Below, piece by piece: positions 1-20,669 of a DNA stretch of 64,000 bases; position 1 is the first letter of the stretch; each line of letters opens with the position of its first letter. The notes under the pieces were generated by a model that was not told the DNA's origin, searched no databases, and was given only the letters and a program-made list of their open reading frames with translations. The DNA is from the human T2T-CHM13v2.0 reference genome, Homo sapiens, in NCBI RefSeq assembly GCF_009914755.1, contig NC_060930.1, one strand, 5' to 3'. Both the position numbers and the translations under genes were made by a program.

Positions 1-605
1 TTGTCATGACCTTTGAGTAAGTGAAGAGAGACTAGAACGTTATTACCTCTGTATGCGATGAACCTCACCTCATAATACACTCCATGGCTGGCCATGGTGA
101 GTCAGAACACCACTGCAGCTTGGCGCTAGTGAGCTTAATGATACAGGTCCATATCACTACTTTTGTAAAATAAGAAGTACATTTCCTCCATTGCAATTAG
201 GAATTAGGATAAGGGAACCAGAAAACACTGGTTTGGGGGCTCAAGCTCCCAAACTTTACGAAAACTTACTAATAAAATAATTTTGTCCATAGGGTGTAAA
301 ATGCTGTTAGAATGGCTGATCCAGAAAAATTTTATTTTTCAGTTGCGACACTGTACCTACTACTATCACTTTCCTCCATTTGGAGAGGGATGGGATGAGA
401 TATATATATATATATATATTTTTTCCATATTTCCATCCCTGGGGATAAACTCAGTAGGCTAGAGTATAGAAATAATATTCAATATTTACATTGATATACA
501 TTTTTAAAAAATAATGTCAACCACACAGAAATTATATGAAAGGAGTTTGGGCAGAGAAGTGACACAATAGACACAATTTGATTCAGGCTTTGTTTTTAGT
601 CCAGC

Positions 606-918
606 CCTGCAGTTCCCAAACTGTGCGCTGAGGGCGCCCTGGTGCTGCGGTGATTCATATGGGCACTGCAGGATGGACTACATTTTAGAGGAAAACATAG
701 TGACATTTGTCAAATACCACATGAGCTATTATTACCACGACTTTTCTTGGACATAAATCAACTTAATAAGCAGGCTTGGACCTAAACTCAATTAATAAAT
801 GGAACTATTAGGTTTAGGGTGTTTTTGTTTTTGTTTTGTTTTGCTTTAGCTAGATGCACTTTGAAAAAGAGCTAAGACATTAAAGATGCTGTGAATGGAG
901 TAAGTTTGGGAACCCATG
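606..918 (+). mobile_element. MER119-like hAT-Charlie non-autonomous DNA transposon, internally deleted
   Basis: Starts cctgcagttcccaaactgtgcgctgaggg and ends aagtttgggaacccatg (TIR core ttcccaaact/agtttgggaa); resembles both ends of the recalled MER119 consensus. Confidence 0.65.
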
Positions 919-1078
919 GTCTAGCCAAGTGATGATGGCTGGCATTCCTGTGCTCAATCTCTGGCAAGAAAAACAAATATGGCCAAGTCCTATTGCTTGG
1001 AATGGTTTGGAAATAACATAATACTTTCGCAAAAACTAGTTTTCCTAAAATATGGGAAATTTTGACTTACTTGCATAT

Positions 1079-1462
1079 TGATATGGTTAGGCTTTGTATC
1101 TCCACCCAAATCTCATCTTGAACTGTAATTCTCATAATCCCCATAATCCCCATGAGTCAAGGGAGAGACCAGGTGGAGATAATTGAATCATGGGGGTAGT
1201 TTCCCCCATGCTGTTCTCATCATAGTGAATTCTCACGAGATCTGATGGTTTTATAAGGGACTCTTCTCCATTTGCTGGGCACTTCTCCTTCCTGACGCCT
1301 TGTGAAGAAGGTACCTTGCTTCCCCTTCGCCTTCTGCCATGATTATAAGTTTCCTGAGGCCTCCCCAGCCATGCTGAACTGTGAGTCAATTAAACCTCCT
1401 TCCTTTATAAATTACCCACACTCCAGCAGTTCTTTATAGCAGTATGAAAGCAGACTAATACA
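1079..1462 (+). mobile_element. THE1D-like MaLR solo LTR
   Basis: tgatatggttaggctttg...gactaataca termini, ~384 bp, 5-bp TSD catat/catac. Confidence 0.9.
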
Positions 1463-1853
1463 CATACTTACATTGTAAAAGTAGTTTAATATAGATGAAA
1501 AATACAGTCAACTAGCACTTCTTCCTTGTTTTCTTATTCAATAAGTTAGGACTTAGAAAAAGTTTCGAGTTCACAGATTGCCTAAATATCTTCTTCACTC
1601 ATCATTCAAAAACTGGTGGCTCGTGAAAATGGTAGTATGAACGAGACATGCCCACCCGTGAAAAATCATGTTTCTTCGTATGATAGGTCATGGTAGGAAA
1701 CTAATCCTAAGCAGGAAGACATGTTCCTGGATATATAATACAGGCTTCTCAGAACCATTCACATGAAATTTGACCCTAAAGCAGCAGTCCTCAACCTTTT
1801 TGGCACAGAGATTGGTTTTGTGAAAGACAATTCTATGAACCAGGGTGGTTGGG

Positions 1854-4470
<2,617 letters not shown>

Positions 4471-4974
4471 GAGGGGGTATAGAGGAGGAATGGTTTCAGG
4501 ATGATCCAAGTGCATTACATTTATTTTGCACTTTAGTTCTATTATTATTACATTGTAAAATATAATGAAATAATTATACAACTCACCATAATGTAGAAAC
4601 CTTGGGATCCCTGAGCTTGTGTTGCTGCAACTAGAAAGTCTCATCTGGGGGTGATGGGAGACAGTGACAGATCATCAGGCATTAGATTCTCATAAGGAGT
4701 GCACAACATCGATCCCTCCTGTGCACAGTTCAAAATAAGGTTTATGCTCCTATGAGAATCTAATGCCACTGCTGATCTGACAGAAGGTGGAGCTCAGGCA
4801 GTAATGAGAGTGATGGGGAGTGACTGTAAATACAGATGAAGTTTTGCTCACTTGCCTGCCACTCACCTCCTGCTATGCAGCCTGGTTCCTAACAGGCTAC
4901 AAAACTGGTACTGGTCTGTGGACCAGGGGCTGGGGACCGCTGTGCTGAAGTATTTACTTCACTACAGTTTTTGA

Positions 4975-5610
4975 TACTGGATGGCCTTGGAGAGCAATGC
5001 CCCAAAATGAAGGCTGCAGAAGCAGCTCTCTCTGACCTCCTGCCCTCCTGTCTCTGACCTCTCATTCTCCCCTGAGGCTAGCAATAGAAACTAGAATCCC
5101 TCTTCCCCAAGTCAGGTCATAGAATCTAGAACCCCTTTTTCCCAAAGCCGGCCACATAACCTAAAAATGTTGTTCTAACTTTTCCTTTATCTTTCTGTGT
5201 AAAAACTGACGGTAAATAAATTAATCTGACTTACCTTATTTGACTGTAGGTCATAAGACTCTCATTCTAGAGAGGGTTATGCCCCATACCCAGAAGGAAG
5301 GAATGCTGCTTAGAGAGGCCAAGAAGAATCTAGACAGACAGGACTTGCTGCATTTTCCCACTCAGTCTATTGGTATTAGATGACACCCTTGTTGTCCAAT
5401 CACAGTTCTACATGGCAGTTCATACTTTATTGAACCTAAGCATATAAATGGACAGTTTCCTCTGTACCTTTGGGTATTCATTTTGAAGGCACTCATGGCA
5501 TGTAAAACTATGACCAAGTAAATTTCTATGCCTTTGCTCCTATTAATATGCCTTTTGTCAATTGAGAACCTTTAGAGGTTGAAGTGGAAGATCTTCCCGT
5601 GGCTCCTTTA
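4975..5610 (+). mobile_element. ERV1 solo LTR, MER39/MER34 group
   Basis: Recalled motifs ccccaaaatgaagg, ctagaatccctcttccccaag, gagaggccaagaagaatctagacagacagg and 3' end tatgcctttgctcctattaat; boundaries approximate. Confidence 0.7.
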
Positions 5611-5989
5611 ATACTTTGAGTACCATTTGTCAAAAAAGTAAATATGTATAATATTGTGAGCTACACGGTTTCTGTTAAGAAGCTATTTAAAGACTGTTGA
5701 AAATATCTAAAACCTTACTTACCATTATTTCTTCCCAAGACAAATCTTTCCAAGGCATTTTTTGCAGGGAGGAGTTACTAATACAGAGTAGAAATAACCC
5801 TTTTCTATAGGATGTCTCCGTTGTCTCAGTTAAGTTCTGCTGGAGTTTGTGGTGGGTCAACTTGAGGAAGATAACACCACATAGACTTGAATCCCCTTCC
5901 CTGTATAATTCTAGTTTTAAGTAGACTCCAAAGAGGATATGGAGCAGAAGTGAGGCAGCGGCCAGTACACTCTGAATGAAGTGGTGAGA

Positions 5990-6324
5990 AGTAGATGCTG
6001 GTGTTCCCAGCTCATCTTCACTCTTCTCTATTCTGTGTCCAGTTCCTCTGTCCCAGTGGACACTGTTGACCAACGGCAGCCTGGGGCCCGCCAGCAAATG
6101 TTTGGCAGCAAACTCACAGAAGCAGCTGCCACACAGAGGCATGCTCCCCAAGGCCCTGCATGGCCTCCCCTTCCCATCCACCTCAGACTTCCTGACCACT
6201 GACTCTTCTGATGCCCCCACTCCTGCCTTCCCCCACTCCCCCAGCTCCTTCTACACTGGAAAAGCTCTCATTCCTGTAATAAACCCCTGGTCCCGTGGCT
6301 CACAGTGGTTCCCTGACTGATACA
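5990..6324 (+). mobile_element. Old ERVL LTR remnant (LTR33/LTR16-like)
   Basis: C-rich segment, aataaa at ~6278 and terminal ccctgactgataca; 5' boundary uncertain. Confidence 0.5.
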
Positions 6325-8929
6325 GGTACATACTGTAGACACTCCAAGTGACGAAGAAAACTTGAAAAATGATTCTCCAGTAAATGTGATTTTTCTTGTA
6401 AGTAATTTCCTTATGGGAACATTGAACTGGAATACAAAGTATCTGTCATTAATTAGTTCTGTTTTTTAAAAACATCCTAGACCATTGCTCCTTAAATCCT
6501 TTTATTAATACTAAAGAAGACTTGGGGGTGGGGAAACAACACATATATGCATAGATTGTCTAAAATGCATTAAAGTTACTCAAATTTCTTATGGACTTTT
6601 CCCCCTGAGGAAGAAGAAAATGTTTCTATAGTCAGGGAAGTAGTCCTATTTGGTGTAGCTTTCTCTTTCAGTCAAGCAGTTTCTTTCCAGATTTAATAAA
6701 CAGCTTTCAAAAGGGGTATAAAAGTGTCTGCTCAAAAGCCTGCAGTCTGTTATTTGTGGAAGTGCCTGTGGATTCACAGACCTGTTTCCAGAGGGTTGGA
6801 TTATCATCTTGTGATAACTCATTGCTCAGCACTGAGTAATACAGTTCTGTGGGCAAACAAAAAAGCCATTCTTTTTTGGTGACAAAAGATGAAGCTAGTT
6901 ATTAACAATTTGATACAAAAGAAGTAAAAAGGACTGGAAATGAGGAGTCAAGCCAGGTTTGGCATCTATTATTCACACAAAACCTTCTAGTAATGACAAC
7001 TACCCCAATCATAGAAAACTCCTATTCAGAGGACTCATTATCTTGCTTCACTGTCAAAAGTATAGATGATAGATAACATCCAATGACTGTCAAAATTAAA
7101 ATCAAATCAATTTTAATGAAAGAAAATAGACCATTTCTGTCTGTTGATTCCAGGGAAAATGTAGGATGATGAATTTCTGAAACCCTTAATTTATCATTTC
7201 ACCCTGAAAAGTACCTGTTTTTGCAAATACTTTCTATATTGTCAACATCCTTTAAGAAAAAAAAAAAAGAAGTATATCTGCTTAAATACTAAGCACTATT
7301 TCTCTGAATTCCAGTCTACTGAGTTTATTCCCAGAGACATTTTTTTCTATATTATCTCAGAGTTGCAGGCTTCATCAAAGGTCATCAGATCCACTGATTT
7401 TTGTCAAATATCCCCATGTTATTTCATCTGATAAACTATAATTTGCTATTGGCCTTTTGAAATTTTAAAGAATGGGAAACAATAGCTGTTTTTTTCTAAA
7501 ATAAACAACAACCTCCACTAAAAATTAAACAAAACTCAAACAAATAAAAATCAAAGGAAAAATATGAGAAGCTCACAATTCAGAAGGCTTAATCTCATTT
7601 AATAGTTAATCTGTATTTCTTTTTATTTATTTTCCACGTGAATACGGGGCCAAATTCTCCATAAACGTTAACATAATGAGAACAAAGGAACACATGTGAC
7701 AATTTCCTTCTGAAGTTAATATTTTAAAAATGAATTTATCTCATATCGCAAAGATCATACACTATTTACAAACAGTGGAAGGCTGAAGCCAACCATGTCT
7801 ATTAGCCAGATGTTATTTTACTATTCTTTTAAAGGAATACTTAATTTTATGACACCACTGTGGCCCTTCAGAACTGTGGAGGACATGAATGTATTAATAT
7901 AATGCATTTTTCTGTTTCTTGAAATATGTAGAAAACAAAACACCAAAATAAGTGAGTATCAGATGGCTGGGCCCACGGTTCCATGTGCCTTACCACAGCA
8001 GATCTGAACCCTAAGCAGCATTTTATTTATTAGTGTCATTACTTTATTTATCCCTAGTATGGCTCAGGAACAAATACTTTGATGTTTTCACATTTCCACA
8101 GCAGATAAGTGACCAGCATGGTTCTTGTCGAATGAAAGGCAGTCAGTATATACTGGCAAAAAAAAATAGATCTGAGAGAGAAAGCAACCAAAATAAACTA
8201 ATTTGAATAACACCCTACATTGCTCCCAGTCATCTCAATGTCTTCGTTTTTAAAAGGGCTAGTACCCCATGTTTGGTGATTGCAGCCTATGTCTCGATAC
8301 CCTCTGTCCCTGAAGGTTCAGACAACCTCTGAAGCTACTATTTACTGCGAGCACTTGGCTTAAAGATGTAGCAAAAGGTTTGGCTAAAAGTTTATCTGAA
8401 TCAGCTATTTTAGAAATAATTTATGAGTAAATACCTACTCTAATGTTTGTGTAATAAAATGTATATATATATTTTCCATGTTAGAAGCCTACCAAGGGGA
8501 TCAATGCTAGTGATTTAAAGACACTGAGTTTCAGGAAGCTCCTATAAATCTGTTACTATGACACTAGTACTTCAGTAGGAAAATAAGGAAAGGGCATTAA
8601 TGGACTGGTTACTGAGGAGTAAAAAAAAGTACAGTGTAGTTCCCATATTACTTTTCTGTGCAGATGCTACATATAAAATGAAATAGTCAGTTTTGCCAGT
8701 AATAAAAATCATAAATAAAAGCAAAATACAATTTTTGGATAACAGAATAGCAAGTGATTATTTTCTTTTTCCCTTATTTTTCCTCCTTCCTTCCTTCTTC
8801 CTTCCTTCCTTTTTCCCTTCTATATTTTTCTTGCTTTTTGTTGATAGATGGAAACTAAGTTGGTTCAAACTTTTTGAATAGTCATTTAACATCTTCCAAA
8901 AGCTTTTAAATGTTCATCATTACAGGTGA

Positions 8930-9326
8930 AAATGGGCATTCGAATACTCTATTCATCAGAGTATAACATTAAAAAAAACTTCAAAAATGAAAATTTAGAA
9001 ATATATTTTAGTACTTCAAATGTTTACATCTATTGAACATTTCCACTTACATTAGTTTTTTCTAAAAGAAAATAGTCTCGCAAATGTGCAAGGGTACATA
9101 ATGGAGAGAATCTGATAACAATCCCAACATCTATCAATCAGTAAAGGAAGTGTTAAATGAAACTCTAGTTCATCCGTAAAATGTAATAGTAGGCAGGGAT
9201 TATGAAACTAACACATCTGAGTATATTGATGGAAACATTGTTCAATATATAATGGCAAATTGAAAAATAAAAAGTAAATTGCAAAACAGTATCCTAAAGG
9301 TAGTCTAATTTTTAAATTTTAATATT
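8930..9326 (+). mobile_element. Highly diverged old L1M 3'-region fragment
   Basis: Weak resemblance to L1ME 3' end (caatcccaacatctatcaatcag, ttcatccgtaaaatgtaatagtaggcag). Confidence 0.4.
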
Positions 9327-9855
9327 AAGAATAATAAGGGGAGGTTTCAAGATGGTCGAATAGGAACAGCTCCAGTCTACAGCTCCCAGCATGAGTGATG
9401 CAGAAGATGGGTGATTTCTGCATTTCCAACTGAGGTTCCAAGTTCATCTCACTGGGGCTTGTCAGACAGTGGGTGCAGGACAGTCGGTGCAGCCCACAGA
9501 CCATGAGCCAAAGCAGGACGAGGAGTCGCCTCACCCAGGAAGTGCAAGGGGTAGGGGAATTCCCTTTCCTAGCCAAGGGAAGCCATGACAGACGGCACCT
9601 GGAAAATTGGGTCACTCCCACCCTAATACTGCGCTTTTCCAATGGTCTTAGCAAACGGCATACCAGATTATATCCCGTGCCTGGCTTGGAGGGTCCCATG
9701 CCCACGGAGGCTTGCTCACTGCTAGCACAGCAGTCTGGGATCAAACTGCAAGGCCGCAGTGAGGCTGGGGGAGGGGTGCCCGCAATTGCTGAGGCTTGAG
9801 TAGGTAAACAAAATGGCCAGGAAGCTCGAACTGCATGGAGCCCACTGCAGCTCAA
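9325..9855 (-). pseudogene. Antisense 5'UTR frame containing L1 ORF0 homology; ORF0 ATG mutated to ATT (~9786)
   Basis: Translation contains IAGTPPPASLRPCSLIPDCCAS, matching ORF0 MAGAPPPASLPPCSLISDCCAS. Confidence 0.65.
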
Positions 9856-10361
9856 GGAGGCCTACCTGCCTCTGTAGACTCCACCTCTGGGGGCAGGGCA
9901 TAGCTGAACAAAAGGCAGCAGAAATTTCTGCAGACTTAAATGTTCCTGTCTGACAGCTTTGAAGAGAGTAGTGGTTCTCCCAGCATGGAGTTTGAGATCT
10001 CAGAACAGACAGACTGCCTCCTCAAGTGGGTCCCTGACCCCTGAGTAGCCTAACTGGGAGACACCTCCCAGTAGGGGCCGACTGACATCTCATATGGTCA
10101 GGTGCCCCTCTGAGTTGAAGCTTCCAGAGCAACGATCAGACAGCAACATTTGCCACTCTGCAATATTTGCAGTTCTGCAGCTTCCGCTGGTGATACCCAG
10201 GCAAACAGGGCCTGGAGTGGACCTCCAGCAAACTCCAACAGACATGCACCTGAGGGTCCTGACTGTTAGAAGGAAAACTAACAAACAGAAAGGACATCCA
10301 CACCAAAAACCCATCTGTATGTCACCATTATCAAAGACCAAAGGTAGATAAAACCACAAAG

Positions 10362-11378
10362 ATGGGGAGAAACCAGAGAAGAAAACCTGAAAATTCTAGA
10401 AATCAGAGCGCCTCTTCTCCTCCAAAGGAACGCACCTCCTTGTCAGCAATGGAACAAAGCTGGACAGAGAATGACTTTGACGAGTTGAGAGAAGAAGGCT
10501 TCAGATGATCAAACTTCTCTGAGCTAAAGGAGGAAGTTCAAACCCATTGCAAAGAAGTTAAAAACCTTGAAAAAAAATTAGACGAATGGCTAACTAGAAT
10601 AACCAATGCAGAGAAGTCCTTAAAGGACCTGATGGAGGTGAAAACTATTGCACGAGAACTACGTGAAGAATGCACAAGCCGCAGTGGCCGATGTGATCAA
10701 CTGAAAGAAAGGGTATCAGTGATGGAAGATGAAATGAATGAAATGAAGTGAGAAGAGAAATTTAGAGAAAAAAGAATAAAAAGAAATGAACAAAGCCTCC
10801 AAGAAATATGGGACTATGTGAAAAGACCAAATCTACATCTGATTGGTGTACCTGAAAGTGACGGGGAGAATGGAACCAAGCTGAAAAGCACTCTGCAGGA
10901 TACTATCCAGAAGAACTTCCCCAACCTAGCAAGGCAGGCCAACATTCAAATTCAGGAAATACAGAGAAAGCCACAGAGATACTCTTCGAGAAGAGCAACT
11001 CCAAGACACATAATTGTCAGATTCACCAAAGTTGAAATGAAGGAAAAAATGTTAAGGGCAGCCAGAGAGAAAGGTCAGGTTACCCACAAAGGGAAGCCCA
11101 TCAGACTAACAGGAGATCTCTCAGCAGAAACTCTACAAGCCAGAACAGAGTGGGGGCCAATATTCAACATTCTTAGAGAAAAGAATTTTCAACCCAGAAT
11201 TTCATATCCAGCCAAACTAAGCTTCATAAGTGAAGGAGAAATAAAATACTTTACAGACAAGCAAATGCTCAGAGATTTTGTCACCACCAGGCCTGCCTTA
11301 CAAGAGCTCCTGAAGGAAGCACTAAACATGGAAAGGAACAACCAGTACCAGCCACTGCAAAAACATGTCAAATTGTAA
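10362..11378 (+). pseudogene. L1 ORF1p (RNA-binding), disrupted
   Basis: 1017 bp in one frame from ATG 10362, with in-frame TGA at 10506 and 10749 (CGA decay); C-terminal part matches ORF1p. Confidence 0.95.
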
Positions 11379-11426
11379 AGACCACTGATGCTAGGAAGAA
11401 ACTGCATCAACTAATGAGCAAAATAA

Positions 11427-15269
<3,843 letters not shown>

Positions 15270-15576
15270 ACAATGAGAACACATGGACACAGGGTGGGGA
15301 ACACCACACACTGGGGCCTGTCGTGGGGTTGGGGGAGGGGAGAAGGATAGCATTAGGAGATATACCTAATGTAAATGACGAGTTAATGGGTGCAGCACAC
15401 CAACATGCTACATGTATACATATGTAACAAACCTGCACGTTGTGCACATGTACCCTAGAAGTTAAAGTATAAGAATAAAAAAGAATAAATTTAAAACAGA
15501 ATAATACATAGTAGCATGTCTATTTCTGAAACATTTAGATTTTTAGAAATTTATATTTCATTTATAATTGGGGAAA

Positions 15577-15577
<1 letters not shown>

Positions 15578-15623
<46 letters not shown>
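15578..15623. repeat. (TG)n microsatellite, ~23 units
   Basis: Direct reading. Confidence 0.95.
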
Positions 15624-15626
<3 letters not shown>

Positions 15627-15791
15627 AAGAATTTGACTCAGAAATTCCATTTCTAGAAATTTTTTCCTAATAATGAATAATATGCTTCTTACAAGAACTT
15701 ATTTAAGTGGAGAATGAGTTGAATATTGCATGCATATACTCAAATTCTATTCAGTAAATTTCAGTGATGTTTTAAGATTTTTTGAAATTAA

Positions 15792-16145
<354 letters not shown>

Positions 16146-16499
16146 TGATATATTTTTAATTTAGATGGGTTATAAGGTTTACGTCTACTGTGACATCCTT
16201 TTTGCAGACAACTTCTATAAATGTTCCTTATGTTTGTAAGCAAAATACATACGTGAACATAGATAAATGTATATACACATGCAAATAAAAACATCTGGCA
16301 GAATGTGAATGGTGGTTAATTTTTTTGTTGTTCCAGTTATGAATACTTTTTTCCATCTTTGTTTAATGATAATTTCATTTTTTCCTCAGAAGGCATATAC
16401 AAATTTAAAATTTTTTAAACACATGGATAGAAACTGACAATGACAGTAATAGAAATACATGTCTAATAAATAAGGTATATGTATTAGGATAATCAAAGA

Positions 16500-17100
16500 A
16501 ATATAAATTAAAGCAATAATGACATGCAAATTTCCACTATAACACTGGCAAAGATTTCTGAGAGGACTCACTGGTGGCACGAGTTGAGAGACTGCCCTTG
16601 CATTGCGCTTGAAGGATAGATTGGTCTAGACCTTCTGGAAAGCAATTCAGCAATAGTTACGAACCTTCAAAATGCTCACAAGTTGGGCCATTAACTTTGC
16701 TTCTGAGAATATAACCTAAGAAAGTAACGAGTTAAGGGTAAAGATGTATGACATTTGGCCATTTAAAATTGTGAAAAATAAGAAATAAATGAAGTACTCA
16801 ATCATGGGGGACATAGCTAAATCATAATCATATCTGACCTACTCATAATTAGGAGAAAAATTATGTATGTATGTGTGTTAAACCACTTAACATGATTTCA
16901 AATAAGTTGGATAATGATCATGTTATAATAATGTGAAGTGGAAAATAAAGAGCCAGGACTACAAATTATACACGTAGCATAATTTTTAAAAATGCAAGAA
17001 AATACATTAACATGTAATATTTTTCTCACTCACTATTTGTGGAATAATTGAAAGTAGTTTGCATGTCTATCTTTTTACTCTGTATGTTTTAAAAAAAATG
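16500..17100 (+). mobile_element. Diverged old L1M 3'-region fragment
   Basis: Weak L1M-like motifs (gattggtctagaccttctggaaagcaattcagcaatag); boundaries uncertain. Confidence 0.4.
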
Positions 17101-17313
17101 TGTCTTTAAGAATTATTTGAAAATTCATTGAGTGAAAGGCAAGGGCAAACACAAAAATTTATACATGATGCAGGCTCCAGGAAACATATGGGCAAAGGGT
17201 TTTCACGATACACACTGGGCCAGGCTCTTGCCATCCCACGTACAGCAGCCCTGGGCCAGGTATGGCTGCATACACCATGCTTTGTGCTCCTCTAGAGCAA
17301 CCCTAAACCCTTG

Positions 17314-18128
17314 TGTGATATAGAAAAACAGATATTTGATCTTCATTTCTTGGCCCACGATTCCTAAAATCCTTGTAATCTTCAAAGCGACAAGTGGCTT
17401 TTTGTATACTAGTGAGTTGACCAGTGGCTGGCCCTAGGTATCTTTAGGATGGTGGCTTTTCACTGGAAAGACCAAGACAGGATTTGAGGGTTGGGACTTT
17501 CAGCCCCACTCCCCAATTTCTGGGGTGATCACCAATGGTTTGATCACCAATGGTTTAATCAATCATGCCTACATAATGAAGCTTCCATAAAAACACAAAA
17601 GGACTATTCAGAGAGCTTCCAGATAGCTGAACACATGGAGGTTCCTGGAGCAGGAAGCCTGGGGAGGACATGGAAGCTCTTCATCCCTTCCCATATACCT
17701 CACCCTATGCATCTCTTCATCTGTATCCTTTGTAATATCCTCTGCAATAAACCAGTAAATGTAAGTAAGTATTCACCTGAGGTCTAGGAGCCACTCTAAC
17801 AAATTAATCAAACCCTGGGAGGCATTATGGGAATCCCAATTTATACCTGGTCAGTCAGAAAAACAGGTGAAACAACCTAAAGCTTTAAATGGGCAGCAGA
17901 AGTGAGGATTAGTCTTGTGAGACTGTAGCTCAACCTGTGGGGTCTGAATGCTATCTCTATTGGAATTGAACTGGAGGACACCCCGCTGGTGACTACTGCA
18001 GAATTGATTGCTTACTTGATATAGAGGGTGAAAATCCCCACACATTTGGTCATGGAAGTCTTCTGTGTTGATTATTTTAGTAAGGGTATAGGAGAAACTG
18101 AGTTTCGTTTTTTCCCTGTATCCTCAGA
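17314..18128 (+). mobile_element. MER21(B)-like solo LTR
   Basis: tgtgata start, gggttgggactttcagcccc, gagagcttccagatagctgaacacatggagg, aataaa at ~17747; flanking direct repeat ccttg/ccttg. Confidence 0.85.
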
Positions 18129-18217
18129 CCTTGCCACCTCACATATTTATACAGGAGTTGTGAGAGGCAGCAGCAACCAATCAATGAAGAAGAACCGGAG
18201 GTTTACCATTAAGGTTT

Positions 18218-18399
18218 CTACGATCAGAAGTGTGGTCCCTGCATCAGCAGCATCAGAATCACCTAAGGACTTATACATGTAAATTCTCAGGCCCCACCCC
18301 AGACCTATGGAATCAGACACTCTGGAGGTGGAACCCAGCAATCTATGTTTTGAAAAGTCTCACAGAGATTTGGTGCGTACTGAAGTCTGGGAACCACTG
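18218..18399. mobile_element. MER5A hAT MITE
   Basis: aaattctcaggccccaccccagacctatggaatcaga core and gggaaccactg terminus. Confidence 0.85.
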
Positions 18400-19184
18400 G
18401 CTTTGCTGATGTGAGAAACCTTCTGTCCTCAGGAGGACAGGGCTGAAATTATGCATATCTGTGCTGGTTTTGGCTGCAAGCATTGAAGCTAGAGGATCTG
18501 AAGGAGAGTCTGGGATCTTTCACTGGGCAAATTGCTGGTCTTGCCACAAACGTCATGGCTTCAAATGGCTTTAAAACCAAAGGCAGAATGTTGCTTATTG
18601 TGTTTGCTTTGGTTCTGAAAAGGAATTGGGAAATGGTCTGATTTCTACATTTTTAAAGAAGAGAAAAAGACATTCAGCAAGGTGAAGTGATTTGATGGGG
18701 CCTCATCATCAGACAGAATCTGTACTGAAGTCAGCTATCAGTTTTAAATCACACATTGTTGTCTACCAAGCAAAAAATCATAATGGGAGTCTTTCACATT
18801 TATTCTTCTAAAAAGTCAATATTCTTTTATACCCCAAACAAATGAATAGAAACATTTATTTTATTTAATAATATCCCCAGTGTATCTTCCAGTCATGCTG
18901 TCGAACATCTGTCTATTTTGAACGGCCCTGTGATATTATCTATTCAAAACATAGCTAAAGAGATGCTGTGAGTTGGAAAAAAAAAAACTGGGAGGCCAAA
19001 TAATTCATAGTTGAGGAAGCTAAAATACATAGAGATTATTAAATTATGTTAATATTTTAAAATTGTGAGTCCACTAGGATCTTGTTATTCTTAGTCTAGT
19101 CAGTGGTGCAGATAGCATTGACATCCTATTTAGGATGGTAAAAAGGCAAGAAATAGCCATTGTGTATGCAACTGACAATGTTGG

Positions 19185-19282
19185 TTTTTTTTTTTTTTTT
19201 TTTTGAGACGGAGTCTTGCTCTGATGCCCAGGCTGGAGTGCAGTGGCACAATCTCGGCTCACTGCAAGCTCCGCCTCCCGGG
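19185..19282 (-). mobile_element. Severely 5'-truncated AluY-like insertion (3' ~80 nt plus tail)
   Basis: Poly-T plus right-arm end; TSD tgacaatgttgg/tgacagtgttga. Confidence 0.9.
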
Positions 19283-20267
19283 TGACAGTGTTGATCTTAA
19301 AAGGCATTGGTAGAATTTACCAGCCCTGCAGGTCCAGGGAATGTTGATGATTAGTAACCACAGTCCCTAAGCCAGGAACTCTCAGCCACATCATGAAGAC
19401 CTGTGTTCATGATTAACACCTTGGTTACCTCTGATGCTTTAGTAAATATAATTGTTCAGTGTCAAAATGGTCTTTCTTCTTAAAATGATGGTGATAATAG
19501 ATGATAGATGCAGCTTTCCCCCCTTCCTTGCAAATGTAAAAGCTAGCCACCCAATGTCAGCCCCTCATATTTTCATTGATAATTTCACTGGCCAGTGAAA
19601 TTTCAAAATCAGTTTGTAAGGCTCAGTTATGGCATTGACCATCTCTCAACTAAAGTGTTTATTATTAACATGATTATGAAACTTTCAGAATGGAAGAAAC
19701 ATTTTGAGAGCAATATTAAGGAGGTTTTAAAGGTGAAAAATAAATCATGTCAACTTTCTGCACCTAACATAATAAATAATTTCACATGGGGGATATTCCT
19801 TTCCAGTCTTTGTTCACATGATTACATATTTTAACACAAATATAATCATGGCATAACTGTAATTTTGAGTCCTGTTTTATCACTTTAGTGCCATATTGTA
19901 AACATTCTCATTAGAATGCCATTTGAACAAGAAGTGTTCAGGTGAAAGATATTAAAGCAATGAACCCCCTGAAAAACTGACAACCACGTGAAAAGTTTCT
20001 GTTAAAGTCCATATATTTTAAACCACTCAGGAATTGAAGAAAGTGTTTCTTTTGCTTTAAATTTAGCTTTTATTGACAATCCAAAATCAGTAATCATGCA
20101 CTAAAGCCCCTAAAAAATATGGCGCTGATTTTCAAAGAGAAGATATGCATTGCAAGAGGCAAAAGGGCCTTTTGGATAAAGAAAAAATACTCTCCATTCT
20201 TTGCTCTTATTAGGGATTTTGTGATTATGCACATTCTGGTATTTGATGACGTTTCATGGATCTGCAG

Positions 20268-20669
20268 TGTTAAAAAAATTAAAATGGAGGCAACAGTTTA
20301 AATGTACCCCAAGTCCAACCACCCATAACCACATAGGCAAAATTTGTCATCCTGAAAAGCCAGCTCTAATTATAAACAAAACACAAAGCATAAGCTTTAC
20401 ACCCTTGTCAGAATGATTCAGTGAAATGAAACCAATCAGCTAGAAACAAATCAGCTTACACAGCTCTGCTTGCCTTACAAAGAATGTTAATGTATAATAG
20501 CCAATTGCAAAAAAGGTCAAAACACTTCCTCCTTTATGCTTTATAAACTGGCTGTAACTGCCATAAGGAGAGCTTCTAACCATCTACACTTCAAAGTCTC
20601 CCAGTTGGCAAACAGCTCTTTTGTATACACAATAAAATTTTCTAACTTGATCAGATTTTATTTTTGACA
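20268..20669 (+). mobile_element. Old ERV1-class solo LTR (family uncertain, LTR37/MER93-like)
   Basis: TG...CA termini (tgttaaaa/ttttgaca), CCAAT boxes, tataaa, aataaa, 4-bp TSD gcag/gtag. Confidence 0.6.

Noticed and set aside
5687-6220. 177-aa minus-strand ORF
   Set aside because: No recognisable domain, and it overlaps an old LTR remnant.
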